Below, one piece after another: positions 39,989-50,592 of a DNA stretch of 64,000 nt (the stretch's first letter is position 1; every line of letters begins with the position of its first letter). Position numbers and translations under genes: made by a program. Source of the DNA: Gemmatimonadales bacterium (GTDB lineage: Bacteria; Gemmatimonadota; Gemmatimonadetes; Gemmatimonadales; GWC2-71-9); assembly GCA_965249575.1 (NCBI GenBank), contig OZ252244.1:3296001-3360000 (forward strand). The letters run 5' to 3'. Under the pieces are notes generated by a model. That model saw only the letters and a program-made list of their open reading frames with translations. It did no database searches and was not told the DNA's origin.

Positions 39989-40173
39989 TGGCGCGCGTTC
40001 AAATGCTGTTTTCGGGGAAAAACTGCTACTGGTGCGCGCTGGCGCGCGCGCGGCCTCATAATCCCTGTGTCGTAGGCTTACGCCCACTTCGCTCTGCCAC
40101 CCGCTCGCGTCCGCTACGCGTCAAGTCTTACAGAGTCCACTGTATAAGACAACGACTTACGGCACACCTTGCG
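39989..40173 (+). repeat. att site G: left arm, interrupted tRNA(CAT) 3' half, right arm
   Basis: GCGGCCTCATAATCC..GTCGTAGG..CCGCTCGCGTCCGCTACGCG-TCAAGTCTTACAGAGTCCA-CTGTATAAGACAACGACTTACGGCACACCTTGCG. Confidence 0.8.
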
Positions 40174-40186
40174 GGCCGCCGCTGCG

Positions 40187-41359
40187 TCAGCCGATCACCC
40201 CCCCAGCCAGTATCCCGACGAGAAACGCGATGCCGGCGACGATGGCGACGAGGGTACGGGTCCCGCCAGAGGGTGCCACGTGGGACCCGGTCGCCCTCTG
40301 GGGGCTGAAGAACGTCACCGACTCGAGTGCGCTACCCAGTTCCTTCGCGGTAGAGAACCGGTCCCACGGATCCTTTTCCAAACATCGCATGATAGTGTCC
40401 GCGAAATCCTTCGGAATCGTGGGGTTGATGTCGCGGATTGGAACCGGCGGCTCCTTGACGTGCTTCTCGAGAATGCGATCGGGCTTCCGACTGGTGAACG
40501 GGGGCCGCCCCATGAGCATGCGATAACCGAGGGCGCCGAGCGAGTAGATGTCCGACCGGTGGTCAATTTCCGGCAGTCCCTGCGCCTGCTCCGGCGACAT
40601 GTACGCGGGCGTACCTGCTACCGGTCCGCCCGACGATTCGCCGACCTGCTCCGTGAGTGCCGTCGCGATCCCGAAATCCATCAACAGCACCTTTTGGAGA
40701 TCTCCCTCCAGGAACACGTTGGCAGGCTTGATGTCTAGGTGAACCATCTTGGCGCGGTGGGCCGCCCCAAGAGCGTCTGTCAGTTCGCTGAGGATGCGCC
40801 TCGACTCATAGGGTGGCAGTCGCGCCCGGTCTAGCCGCTCTTCGAGGGTAGTCCCCTGCACGAATGGCATTACGTAGTAGATCAATCCTCCCCGCTCGCG
40901 AATGTCGTAGATCGGGACGATCGCGGGGTGACGGAGCTTTGCCAAGGCGATGCCTTCGTTCCGGAAACTCTCCATGAAGAGCTCCGTCTTGGCTAGATCG
41001 GGGTGAATGACCTTGATGGCCACGGTCCGGTCAAGTCGACGGTCCCGTGCCTTGTATACGCGGGCGAAGCCACCCTGGCCGATCAATGCCAGGAGCTCGT
41101 ATTCGGCGCCGAACGCGTGGTGTAACCGGGCCTTGAAAGTGGTCCGGGAGGATGACGCTGCTGATACCCGCACTTCGACGGGGTCGGCCACCTCGCTATC
41201 ACCGCCGAGCGAGTTCGAGTCTTCGGACCGTACCGCGCCGGGGAGGGTGACTTCGGGATCGACGTTGATGGGCGTCGGCGTGCCACACCTGGAACAAAAC
41301 TGGTCGTCGGCGCCCAGATGCCGGTCGCAACCGGCACAGTGCGGAGATGAGTGGGTCAT
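40187..41359 (-). CDS. Ser/Thr kinase with N-terminal zinc ribbon and C-terminal TM (possibly cut at site G)
   Basis: CAGC..CSRC; GQGGFA, VAIK, HLDIKPAN, DFG, GTPAYMSPEQ. Confidence 0.9.
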   Translation of the reverse strand: MTHSSPHCAGCDRHLGADDQFCSRCGTPTPINVDPEVTLPGAVRSEDSNSLGGDSEVADPVEVRVSAASSSRTTFKARLHHAFGAEYELLALIGQGGFARVYKARDRRLDRTVAIKVIHPDLAKTELFMESFRNEGIALAKLRHPAIVPIYDIRERGGLIYYVMPFVQGTTLEERLDRARLPPYESRRILSELTDALGAAHRAKMVHLDIKPANVFLEGDLQKVLLMDFGIATALTEQVGESSGGPVAGTPAYMSPEQAQGLPEIDHRSDIYSLGALGYRMLMGRPPFTSRKPDRILEKHVKEPPVPIRDINPTIPKDFADTIMRCLEKDPWDRFSTAKELGSALESVTFFSPQRATGSHVAPSGGTRTLVAIVAGIAFLVGILAGGVIG

Positions 41360-41607
41360 GCCAGGAATTCCTCGGGGGAGTCGGACAACGCCCCGGTTGG
41401 TGTTACCATCAAGTGCAGGAACGTAAGTACAAGATCTCGGTCACGCCGTAGCACCGCTAGTGCGCAACCCGCCGATCTTATCAAGGCTGATGCCCGATGA
41501 CCACCGGGGATCGACAAAGACCTCTACCTCACGGCAACGATCCGCGCGCCGCAAGGCGCGGGCTCTCTGGCCCTGTGGCTGGCCGCGTCCTTGGCGGTAC
41601 GCCGCGG

Positions 41608-42123
41608 TTAGTTGCCCGAGGGCCCAAAATTGGAAAAGTGTACGTGTACGATCTTCCATTCGTCGTCGTGCCTTTCCAGGACGAGCGTGAATGCCCTGGG
41701 CGGGGTTGGCTGAAACTGCTCGCTCACATCACGGGGGGTATCGACCGGGAGGATGTTGGTTCTGTAGCGATAGAAGCTGGCAATCGCCACTGATCCATTG
41801 CCATAGAACTTGATCAGGCGGTCGCGGTCCTCAGTGAAGATCCGGATGCCAGGAAAGGCCTCTTTGAGTCGGTCGAATTCAGCTTGCTGAATCCGCATGT
41901 TCGCGTCCTGGTCGGTGCGGCGTCCGAGACCCTGCCGAATCCAGACGCGGTCTCGTGTCATTAGCTCTGCCTGAGCGATCATGTTCATCGCGTCTGAATT
42001 GGCTCCGTAGACGTCGATGAGCTGGTTGATGGCATCGATATCTGCCTGGTCCTGTGCGTTGACAAGGCTGGGGACGCTAAGGCCCACGACGAGGGCGACG
42101 ATACCGTGCAGGAGCGTTCTCAT
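41608..42123 (-). CDS. Secreted NTF2/SnoaL-like protein
   Basis: Signal peptide; C-terminal TLVLERHDDEWKIVHVHFS. Confidence 0.8.
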   Translation of the reverse strand: MRTLLHGIVALVVGLSVPSLVNAQDQADIDAINQLIDVYGANSDAMNMIAQAELMTRDRVWIRQGLGRRTDQDANMRIQQAEFDRLKEAFPGIRIFTEDRDRLIKFYGNGSVAIASFYRYRTNILPVDTPRDVSEQFQPTPPRAFTLVLERHDDEWKIVHVHFSNFGPSGN

Positions 42124-42420
42124 GGTGACTTCTCCTCCACTGCAAGAGTTCGCGAGAGATCTCAGAACGGGTTCGGCTCAACGGGAATGCGGGCGGTGAG
42201 CTGATATCCCTCGGCCGGTGACGCGGTTGCCTTGTTCCAGGGCCCATGATACGGACCGACCCTGCATCGGACCAGGCAACGCCCACCGAAGCATTCACCG
42301 CCGTCCCCCAAAAAGACAGGACCGTCGCTCGCATCTTTAGCCTATCGGGGTCGCCGTCGAAAGCCCGTTAGTGTGGGCCCATCCCGGGGAAACGCCGTAG
42401 CCCGGCGATCCTGACTTGTC

Positions 42421-43107
42421 TCACGCGCCCGTATGTTCTGGGTTGCGCCACACGGTCACCCCCATGGCGACCATCCAGACCCACCAGGCCACGATGCCAA
42501 GGAGGCTGATCGGCTCCAGTACCGAGGCAACGGGAACCAGCAGCGGGAGCCACCCTCCCACGATCGCCGCGAAAACACCGATCCACGCGACCCACCTCGG
42601 CGCGAGCGAAGTGCGCGGGATGGCGAGAGAAAAGAGCAGGACGCCGATACCGACGACGAGGACAGGCCCGACCAGGTCACCCATGTACGCGAACCTGTTG
42701 AGCGTGTCCCCTACGACTGCGAGCGCCTCCTTCGTGCCCTCCGACGCGGCAACATACGCGGGCGCCAACTCGTAGATTACCGCCAACCAAACGAAGGGGC
42801 GGTAGATGAGTAGGAACGCGCCGCCGACGAAGGCGGCCACGGCGACCCACATCAAGGAGCCAACCTCACGCAGCGCGTGGAAGAAGCTCAACCCGGCCAC
42901 GGCCAGCAGAACGGGAAGGAGGATTAACAGCCACGCGGCCATGGTGGCGTGGGTCGATTGCTCGGCCAGAATCGGTAGCAGCTCGGTCGCGCCTTCTGCC
43001 TCCATCATCCCGGGGATGGTGCCGAGCAGGACCAATAACCCGGCGAGCCCGATCGCGTAACTGACGGCGCAGACGGCGCCGACGTGCCGCAAGGTGATTT
43101 TGTCCAT
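42421..43107 (-). CDS. DUF4386-like membrane protein
   Basis: Six hydrophobic segments; PRWVAWIG motif. Confidence 0.65.
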   Translation of the reverse strand: MDKITLRHVGAVCAVSYAIGLAGLLVLLGTIPGMMEAEGATELLPILAEQSTHATMAAWLLILLPVLLAVAGLSFFHALREVGSLMWVAVAAFVGGAFLLIYRPFVWLAVIYELAPAYVAASEGTKEALAVVGDTLNRFAYMGDLVGPVLVVGIGVLLFSLAIPRTSLAPRWVAWIGVFAAIVGGWLPLLVPVASVLEPISLLGIVAWWVWMVAMGVTVWRNPEHTGA

Positions 43108-43628
43108 GGCCTCTCTTTTCGTTCGAGATGTACGCCGCTCCCTCCCTCGCTGGCTTTGATCCAACCGAGCATCGGTGCGTCGGGGTGCATCCGCTCCGCC
43201 CCGCAATCTACGCATGGTCGTTCGACGAGGAAGCGGCGCGAACTGTCTGGCCGACATGTCGAGGCGCCACCCCCTGACCGCATGCTGTGCCATCATTCCG
43301 CGTACCAGCTTCAGCCGCTCGGCGTGGTCGCGCGCTCGCGCGCGAACCGAGCCGCCGGAACGCGCCGGAATAGCGGTTCCGGAAGACTCGCGCTCAACGA
43401 TGAAAGGTGGGGGGCGCTGGGAAACGCGTAGCTTTAGCAGCGCTCTGCTTGTGGGAGAATCAGTCAGCGAAACGTGCGAGGCCGCGGGCTAGACTCGAGC
43501 TATTCGTGCGACAATCATAAGGGACGACCCGGTGGGGACATGATCCCATAGTCGGCGGAGTTTGTCGGTCGCATTTGACAAGAAAACCGAGGTTGTACGC
43601 TCGTCGGTCATCACCGGAGGATTTATCC

Positions 43629-44535
43629 ATGCCAATCGAAACCGACCGTGACTTTGTTGGCTACGGGCCGCACCCACCCCACCCACGGTGGCCCGATGGT
43701 GCGCGTCTCGCGCTCAACTTCGTCATCAACGTTGAGGAAGGCTCGGAGCCATCCATCGGCGATGGCGACGGGTACTCCGAGTCCAGCCTCACCGAGATGC
43801 CTGATTCGCCCGTGCCTATCGGTGAGCGCGATCTCGCGGCCGAATCCATGTTCGAGTATGGCAGTCGGGTGGGATTCTGGCGTTGTCATCGATTGTTCAG
43901 TGAACGTGAAATGACGCTCACGATTTTTGGCTGCGCGCTCGCGATGGAACGCAATCCCGCCATCGTCGCGGCCATCAAGCAATCCGGTTACGATGTCTGC
44001 GCCCACGGGGTTCGCTGGGTCAATCACTGTCTCCTGGATGAGGACGAAGAGCGCCGCCAAATTTCCGATGGAGTCGCCCGTATCGGGGTGGTGATGGGCG
44101 AGCGGCCGCTGGGCTGGTATTGCCGCAGCACCCCCAGCGTCAACACGCGGCGAATCCTCGTTGAGGACGGTGGATTTCTGTACGACTCGAACTACTACGG
44201 CGAAGAGCTACCTTTTGGGTCGAGCACCACGGTAACCAACATCTGGTGATTCCCTACACCCTCACCCAAAACGATTCCAAGTTCGCTCGCGGCTGGATTG
44301 GCACGGGAGCCGATTTCTTCGAGTTTCTGAAAGACTCGTTTGATATGCTGTACGCCGAAGGCAAGACACGACCCAAGATGATGTCAGTGGGTCTACACCC
44401 GAGGCTGGTGGGTCACCCCGGTCGGCCAGCGGGTTGGCGCGTTTTCTGGACCATGTCAAAGAGCATGAGGACGTGTGGGTGTGTAGACGATTGGATATTG
44501 CGCGGCACTGGATCGAGAAGTTTGCGCCCAGCTAG
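43629..44535 (+). CDS. puuE: Allantoinase PuuE / polysaccharide deacetylase family, with two apparent 1-bp frameshifts
   Basis: RDFVGYG..WP.GARLAL, ESMFEYGSRVGFWR, IPYTL, KMMSVGLH; frame breaks at ~44215 and ~44424. Confidence 0.85.
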
Positions 44536-44700
44536 GTCGTCATCGAGAAAATTCTCGGCTATGGGGAACCCCTAGTGATCGTGGCGTGACGCCCGTCTAT
44601 TCTGTGGGTCTGGACGCTCCGCTCGACCAACCCCGGAGATTTCGATGAAACGCACCACCAATCCGATCACCACTAAAGAGCTGACACTGGGCTTGAACAC

Positions 44701-45853
44701 GATGAATGACATGACTCGGATCATCACACTCGCACTCGCCCTCGCCTTCCCCGCGGCACTCTCAGCACAGACGACTGCTCGCCTGTCGCTCGACTGGCAG
44801 TCCCTCTCTGACATGGTTACGCGGCAGATGGCCCTCGAGCCCGGGGAACGCGTGTTGCTGGTCGCGCATCCTGACATGTTTCAGGATCTCATCGGTCCTT
44901 TGCGGCGGGCGGTAGCGGTGGCGGGCGGCATCGATCTCGGGGTGATCGACGTGCTGGCCGGGCCGGCCCCGCCGGCTCCAACGATGGACGCAAGTCGAGC
45001 CGCACTCCGTCAAATGTTCCGGGCGGTCGACATCGCCGTGATGTTGCCCGGTGCGACCACCGCTCATGCGCCGTACCTTGCCATACAAGACCTCCTGCGC
45101 GAAGGTCACGGTCGCGCGATCCATTTTCACTGGTTTGACGACGGAAGCATTTCCCCCGTTCTGGGCCAGCCGGTCCCGCCGTTCGTGGTTGTGGACGCCG
45201 TGTATCAACGAGCGGTGCTCGAGACCGATTACGCCGCTCTCGCCGCGCGTCAAGTGGGGTTTGCGGACGCCATGCGCGATGCTGAGATCCGTGTCACGAC
45301 CCGCGCGGGCACCGACCTTCGCTTTCGAATCGGCGATCGGCCCGTCAACATGCAAAACGGAGACGCCTCCGCCGCGCGTGCTGTCCGCGGGACGATCCTA
45401 GTCGACCGGGAAATCGAGCTACCCGCTGGCGCGATACGCGTCGCCCCCATCGAGGAGTCGGTCCACGGCACCATCGTCTTCCTGGTTTCGCAGTGGAGCC
45501 TCCGACCGGTCCAGAACCTCCGCCTCCGTATCGAAAACGGTCGGGTCGTCGATGTCGAGGCCGAGTCCGGACGGGAGTTTGTCGAGCGCGAAATGAACCA
45601 AGCCGGCGACGCCGGACGAGCGTTTCGGGAATTTGGGCTCGGCTTCAACCCGCTGCTGGCGATCCCGGCAGACCGTCCGTGGATACCCTATTATGGATAC
45701 GGCGCCGGCGTTGTCCGCCTCTCCCTGGGAGATAACTCCGAGTTGGGCGGCCGAGTCACGGGGGGATACGTACGGTGGAACTTCTTCACCGACGCCACCG
45801 TGCGCGTTGGCGACGTCGTGTGGGTTCAGGACGGGACGCTGGTCGTCCCCTAG
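44701..45853 (+). CDS. Secreted M29 aminopeptidase-like protein
   Basis: GTDLRF, LPAG, EFGLGFNP, LGDNSELGG; signal peptide. Confidence 0.65.
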
Positions 45854-45888
45854 CGATCTGGGCCCATCATCACTTCAGTGGAGCTTTC

Positions 45889-46420
45889 GATGACCTGCCA
45901 GGCAAGGAGTCGGGTGGCCATTTTCGCCGCGCTCTCGCTCGCCGCAGTAGGTGGATGTGCCTCACCCAGTCACCCGCCGTTTCCGGAGGACCAGCGCGCC
46001 GCAATCGCTGATACGATACGCCTGTTGGGTCAAGGACGGATGGACGCGGCTAACCGCCGGGACGGGGCCGCGATCATGACCTATTATGCCGATGATCCCG
46101 AGCTGGTGTGGGCGGAGGAGGGGGATATTTACACGTCCCGCGGGTGGATCGCCGAGGAGGTGGTAGCACACTACGCGCGGCTCCGTGAGATGCACGGTAC
46201 CTGGGACTCAATGCGGGTCGCCGTGTTGTCCCCGAACGCGGCCGTACTCACCGCTACCTATCGTGCTACATCCACCAACACCACTGGTGAGACGCGGTCG
46301 TCGCGCGGCGCCAGAACACTGGTTTTCAGCCGCGTCGACGGTGTGTGGAAGATCATCCACACCCACGAGTCCCATCTCACTCCACCTACGCCCTCACCAG
46401 CCAACCAGGACGCGCGCTAA
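45889..46420 (+). CDS. NTF2/DUF4440-like lipoprotein
   Basis: VGGC lipobox-like; TLVFSRVDGVWKIIHTHES. Confidence 0.8.
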
Positions 46421-46583
46421 CCGATCCTTCCGCCACCCGTGTTGAAGAGAACTCGGTGCAGCGTCGGCTCAATGCGCGGTGTAGCGCGGTGAACCCGTAT
46501 CCAACGCGTCACGCTCACGTTGACTCCGTAGACGAGCGGGTAGGCAACTACCTTTGAGCGAGGGGGCGATGGCTCGGCCGACC

Positions 46584-47069
46584 TCACTGCTCCGGAAGCC
46601 ACGCGAAAACCTCCATCTCGTATCCCTCGGGATCCGTGAACTGCACCGAGCGCACTGGAGTGTCTGTGCCGTCGCTCGGCGGCTCGGTCACATTGACGCC
46701 GCGTGACTCCAGCAGTGCAAACCATCGGTCCACGTCGTCCAAGTTCTCCACTATGAGGCTCACGCCGGCGGTTTTGCTGCTGAGGGAGCGATTCCCACCG
46801 CCCAAAACGTCGATAATCCCGACCGCCGCCGACGGGGTGACGGCGAACACTCGAACCTGCGGTCGGTAGTACGTTTGTTTCAACCCTAGCGTCTCGCCAT
46901 AGAAACGAGCGGCCCGATCGATGTCTTGGTAGTACAGGAACACGATCGAACCGGTCAGTGGTGGCGCATCGCCGGGTGATACCGACTGGGCCGACACCTG
47001 TGGCACCCCGAGTGTTGCGTTAAGACCAAAAGCGCACGTGAAGACCATCGCGCCGAGGTAGCGCATCAT
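46584..47069 (-). CDS. VOC/glyoxalase family protein with signal peptide
   Basis: DIDRAARFYGETLGL, FTDPEGYEMEV; AAGGAGG RBS. Confidence 0.85.
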   Translation of the reverse strand: MMRYLGAMVFTCAFGLNATLGVPQVSAQSVSPGDAPPLTGSIVFLYYQDIDRAARFYGETLGLKQTYYRPQVRVFAVTPSAAVGIIDVLGGGNRSLSSKTAGVSLIVENLDDVDRWFALLESRGVNVTEPPSDGTDTPVRSVQFTDPEGYEMEVFAWLPEQ

Positions 47070-47965
47070 CCACCTCCTTCCACCGATCCGGATTAGGTAT
47101 TGGTCAGTTTAATAACTCATTGAATCGAGCCGACGAGCGCTCTTGGTTGAAAGGCACGCGCTGAGCATGTTGCGCCCGCTTCGTCTTCATCCCACAAGCG
47201 CCCGATCCGAACGCTATCTACGATGGCCACCACCTCCAAGCCGTCGCGGTCCTCCGGACACTATGCTTGCGGATCCCTAGCCAGCTTACGGGCCGCGCTG
47301 CACGTTAGATGTATGGCTTGCGCCCGCGGGCTTGAGGCCCTCGGACAGGCACTTGGACACCTGTTTCCCACAGTGCGGCGGCGATGGAGACGACATCGGT
47401 TTGTCGATCGCGATGAGTGATACGACCGGTCCGAGAACGATCGCTTCGCCACGACTCACCGTCTTGATAGCGTGAAGCACCTGCTCCGATCCGTCGGCGC
47501 CCGGTCTATTCACCGGGCTCCTTGATGGCCATCGATGACGAGAGCTTCGAGAAGCTCACGATCATGATCCGGACGGATCTGGAAGAAGCGGGGACAGTCC
47601 CGCTGAACGATACCGCTCGCGTCGTCGTCGCCTATTCCAGAGGCGGTTCCGCCTGGCCCGCGGGGGCGTGCTTCGGGACCTCGACCGACGGAACACTCCG
47701 GTACCGCCGTTGGCCGTTCGGGCGAATCCGGTTCGACGTCTCTCTTGAGGTCAAGGCGGTGAGCGGCCGAACCTACTGCGACGGTCATATCAGAAGGAGC
47801 TTGATCGTTCGACCGCGATCCCTCGCGTCTCTGTCGCCCTGGCTGGGTGGCTGTCCCGCGGAACACATATATGCTGAGACTTATCGCCGTCGCAGACGAT
47901 GCCGCACCTGATGCCCGCAGTTGCCACCTTCCCGCGTGGCGCCGTTCCTGTCAAATCCTACGAGC

Positions 47966-48802
47966 TCAGTGACTGTGCTCGGCGTCGGGGTACTTGCCGT
48001 TCCGAATCTCCTCTGCGAACCGCGACACCGCGTTCCGTACGGTAGACCCCAGCTCCGCATACTTCTTGAGGAACTTGGGCTTGAAGTCCTCGTTCAGGCC
48101 CAACAGGTCCGGTAACACCAGCACTTGTCCATCACATCCGGGCCCGGCGCCGATTCCGATGGTCGGGATCGACACCGCCTCCGTGACGCGCTGCGACACC
48201 GAGGCCGGCATGAGCTCGAGGACGATCGAGAACACGCCCGCCTCCTCGAGCACCCGCGCATCGCCGATCAGGCGGTCCTCCGCGGACTGCTGCTTCCCCT
48301 GAATCCGATGACCACCCAAGGTGTGCACCGATTGCGGGGTGAACCCGAGGTGGCCCATGACCGGGATGCCGGCTTCGACGAGGGCGGCGACCGTCGGCCC
48401 CACGGATTTGCCGCCCTCCAGCTTCACGGCCCCGGCTCCCGTGCGTTTCAGCACCCGGCCGGCATTTCGGAGCGCATCCTCGACCGAGACCTGGTAGCTC
48501 ATGAACGGGAGATCGACGACGACGAGAGCACGCGTCACACCGCGGCTGACCATACTGCCGTGGTAGATCATCTGCCCGACCGTCGCCGGCAGCGTCGTGT
48601 CGTGACCGCCGAGTACGGTCGCTACCGAATCGCCCACCAGAATAACGTCGACTCCGGCTCGGTCCACGAGCGATCCGAAGAGCGCATCGTAGGCCGTCGT
48701 CATGACGATCTTCTCGCCACGCTCCTTCATGGCCACGACGTCCAACACGGAGACCGGGCGGCCTTCGCCGGATCGCTTGGGCTTACCGATGGTCTCAGGC
48801 AT
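47966..48802 (-). CDS. panB: 3-methyl-2-oxobutanoate hydroxymethyltransferase
   Basis: TAYD, LVGDS, DLPFMSY, AVKLEGG, GHLGFTPQS, IGIGAG..CDGQVLV. Confidence 0.96.
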   Translation of the reverse strand: MPETIGKPKRSGEGRPVSVLDVVAMKERGEKIVMTTAYDALFGSLVDRAGVDVILVGDSVATVLGGHDTTLPATVGQMIYHGSMVSRGVTRALVVVDLPFMSYQVSVEDALRNAGRVLKRTGAGAVKLEGGKSVGPTVAALVEAGIPVMGHLGFTPQSVHTLGGHRIQGKQQSAEDRLIGDARVLEEAGVFSIVLELMPASVSQRVTEAVSIPTIGIGAGPGCDGQVLVLPDLLGLNEDFKPKFLKKYAELGSTVRNAVSRFAEEIRNGKYPDAEHSH

Positions 48803-49035
48803 CAGTCCGACGTCGGAAAGAGGCGTTCGCCGGTGTCGGCGTCCTCGACGTGGATGGCGCTCGTCGGGCAATTGGAGGCTGCTTCGAGAATCTTCTCCGG
48901 GCTGTCGCCCGAGGGATCAATCACCTCGGACTGCCGGCTGGCATTGTGTGCGAACACCTTCGGGGCCGTTTCGAGACACATCGCGTTGCCAACGCACGAT
49001 CCGTGATCGACCCGGACACGTACTCTGCGCGTCAT
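48802..49035 (-). CDS. Ferredoxin, 3Fe-4S type (P450 partner)
   Basis: CVGNAMC..AP.VF..CPTSAI. Confidence 0.9.
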   Translation of the reverse strand: MTRRVRVRVDHGSCVGNAMCLETAPKVFAHNASRQSEVIDPSGDSPEKILEAASNCPTSAIHVEDADTGERLFPTSD

Positions 49036-50270
49036 GTATCCTCCTTTGTCCACGACACCGGAAGTGACTTGAGGGACCGGAATTGAAGGCTCGGCTGGTA
49101 TTCGAGCTTGTTCGTCTCGAGAGTGAACCGAGAGAAGCGCTCGGCCAGTGCACGAAAGACTTCTTGTCCCTCCATCCGCGCCAACGTCACTCCCAAGCAA
49201 TAGTGCGTCCCGGAGCCGAACGCGATATGCGGATTTGGGTGGCGGCCAATGTCGAAGTGGTCGGGCGCTGAGAAGACATCGGGATCGCGATTGGCCGCTG
49301 CGATGATCCAGCGTATGCGGTCGCCGCTCCTGATCGTCTTTCCCCTGAGCTCCACGTCCTGGGCCGCGACCCGCTGTGTCGATTTGACCGGCGGGTCGAA
49401 ACGTAAGCACTCCTCGACCGCCGAGCGTGCCAATCCAGCGGGATCGCCACAGAGCTGCTCCCATTGCTCGGGATGACGAATAAAGGCAAGAAGACCGTTA
49501 CAGATGAGATTCATCGTCGTCTCGTGGCCGGCGAATAGAAGGAGGGCCGTATTCACGAGCACCTGATACCGGCTGAGGACGCCGATTTTCTCTCCCTCAA
49601 CGAGCACCGAGATGAAGTCATTCGTTGAACGTTCCAGTCGCTCTTCCACGAGCGGTGTCGTGTACTTGAGAAGGCCCTGCATGCCCTCCGTCAGCACCCG
49701 GAGCCGATAGGACTCCCCACGATTGGCCCACAGAATCTTGTTGGCGAGTTCCCGCAAGTGATCGCGATCTTCGTATGGGACGCCCATCATTTGCGCGATC
49801 ACGCGCACGGGCAGCGAAGCCGCCAGATCGGTGAGAACATCCATCCGACCGCGAGGCTCGATGTCGTCGAGGAGCTCCGTGACCGCATCACGCACGAAGG
49901 GCCTCCATGCATCAATTTTGGTGGGGGTGAAGTACTTGTGCACCACCTTTCGCATATCGAGATGCTCGGGCCGGTCCTTCTCGACCAGCTGCTCGGCGCG
50001 GAAGCGTTTCACGTCGTCGTACAATGGCACGTCTTCGGGATCAACCGGGGGGTACGGAGGCTGGGTCGTCGTCTTGATGACCGCCGAGGAGAACAGCTCG
50101 TGGTGTCGTAGGAGCCAGACGATATCCTCATACCTCGTGACGACCCAGAGGTTGAATCGCTCGTTCCAGTGGACGGGATCGGTTGCCCGGAGGTGCGCGA
50201 AGTACGAAAACGGATCCTGGTTGACCTCAGGAGCGAACAGGTCGTCGAGATTAGCGATGCGCATGGCCAT
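49032..50270 (-). CDS. Cytochrome P450
   Basis: AGHETT, EECLR (ExxR), FGSGTHYCLG heme motif. Confidence 0.95.
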   Translation of the reverse strand: MAMRIANLDDLFAPEVNQDPFSYFAHLRATDPVHWNERFNLWVVTRYEDIVWLLRHHELFSSAVIKTTTQPPYPPVDPEDVPLYDDVKRFRAEQLVEKDRPEHLDMRKVVHKYFTPTKIDAWRPFVRDAVTELLDDIEPRGRMDVLTDLAASLPVRVIAQMMGVPYEDRDHLRELANKILWANRGESYRLRVLTEGMQGLLKYTTPLVEERLERSTNDFISVLVEGEKIGVLSRYQVLVNTALLLFAGHETTMNLICNGLLAFIRHPEQWEQLCGDPAGLARSAVEECLRFDPPVKSTQRVAAQDVELRGKTIRSGDRIRWIIAAANRDPDVFSAPDHFDIGRHPNPHIAFGSGTHYCLGVTLARMEGQEVFRALAERFSRFTLETNKLEYQPSLQFRSLKSLPVSWTKEDT

Positions 50271-50592
50271 CAGGGTTCTCGTGGCCTGGTCTTCGAAAAG
50301 GCACGCGAGCAATCTCTGGCATCACACCTCAAGTTCCGGCCTACTGCATGGGTTAGGGACGCACGCACTAGGTATTCGAAGCGCTGCCGCCGCGGGCCAC
50401 ACGGTTACGTATGTCCAGGGCGGCGTCGCACCGCGTGGTGGAGAATACCCACCAGAATACGCTGCGGTGGCGCTGGCCGTCTAGTACGAGCACCAAAACG
50501 GTTATGCCGAGAACCTCCTCAAAGACCGCCTCCGGCCTACCAATGCTGGGCCTCCGCTCAAGTCCTGAGATCGATGAGCCGATAGGGGGGGA

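Noticed and set aside
47080..47320. Complete attC site near GTTAGAT (~47304)
   Set aside because: Could not pair a convincing RYYYAAC and L boxes by eye.
47390..47510. NarL-type response-regulator fragment (EQVLHAIKTVSRGEAI)
   Set aside because: Only ~20 residues of resemblance; too short to support a call.
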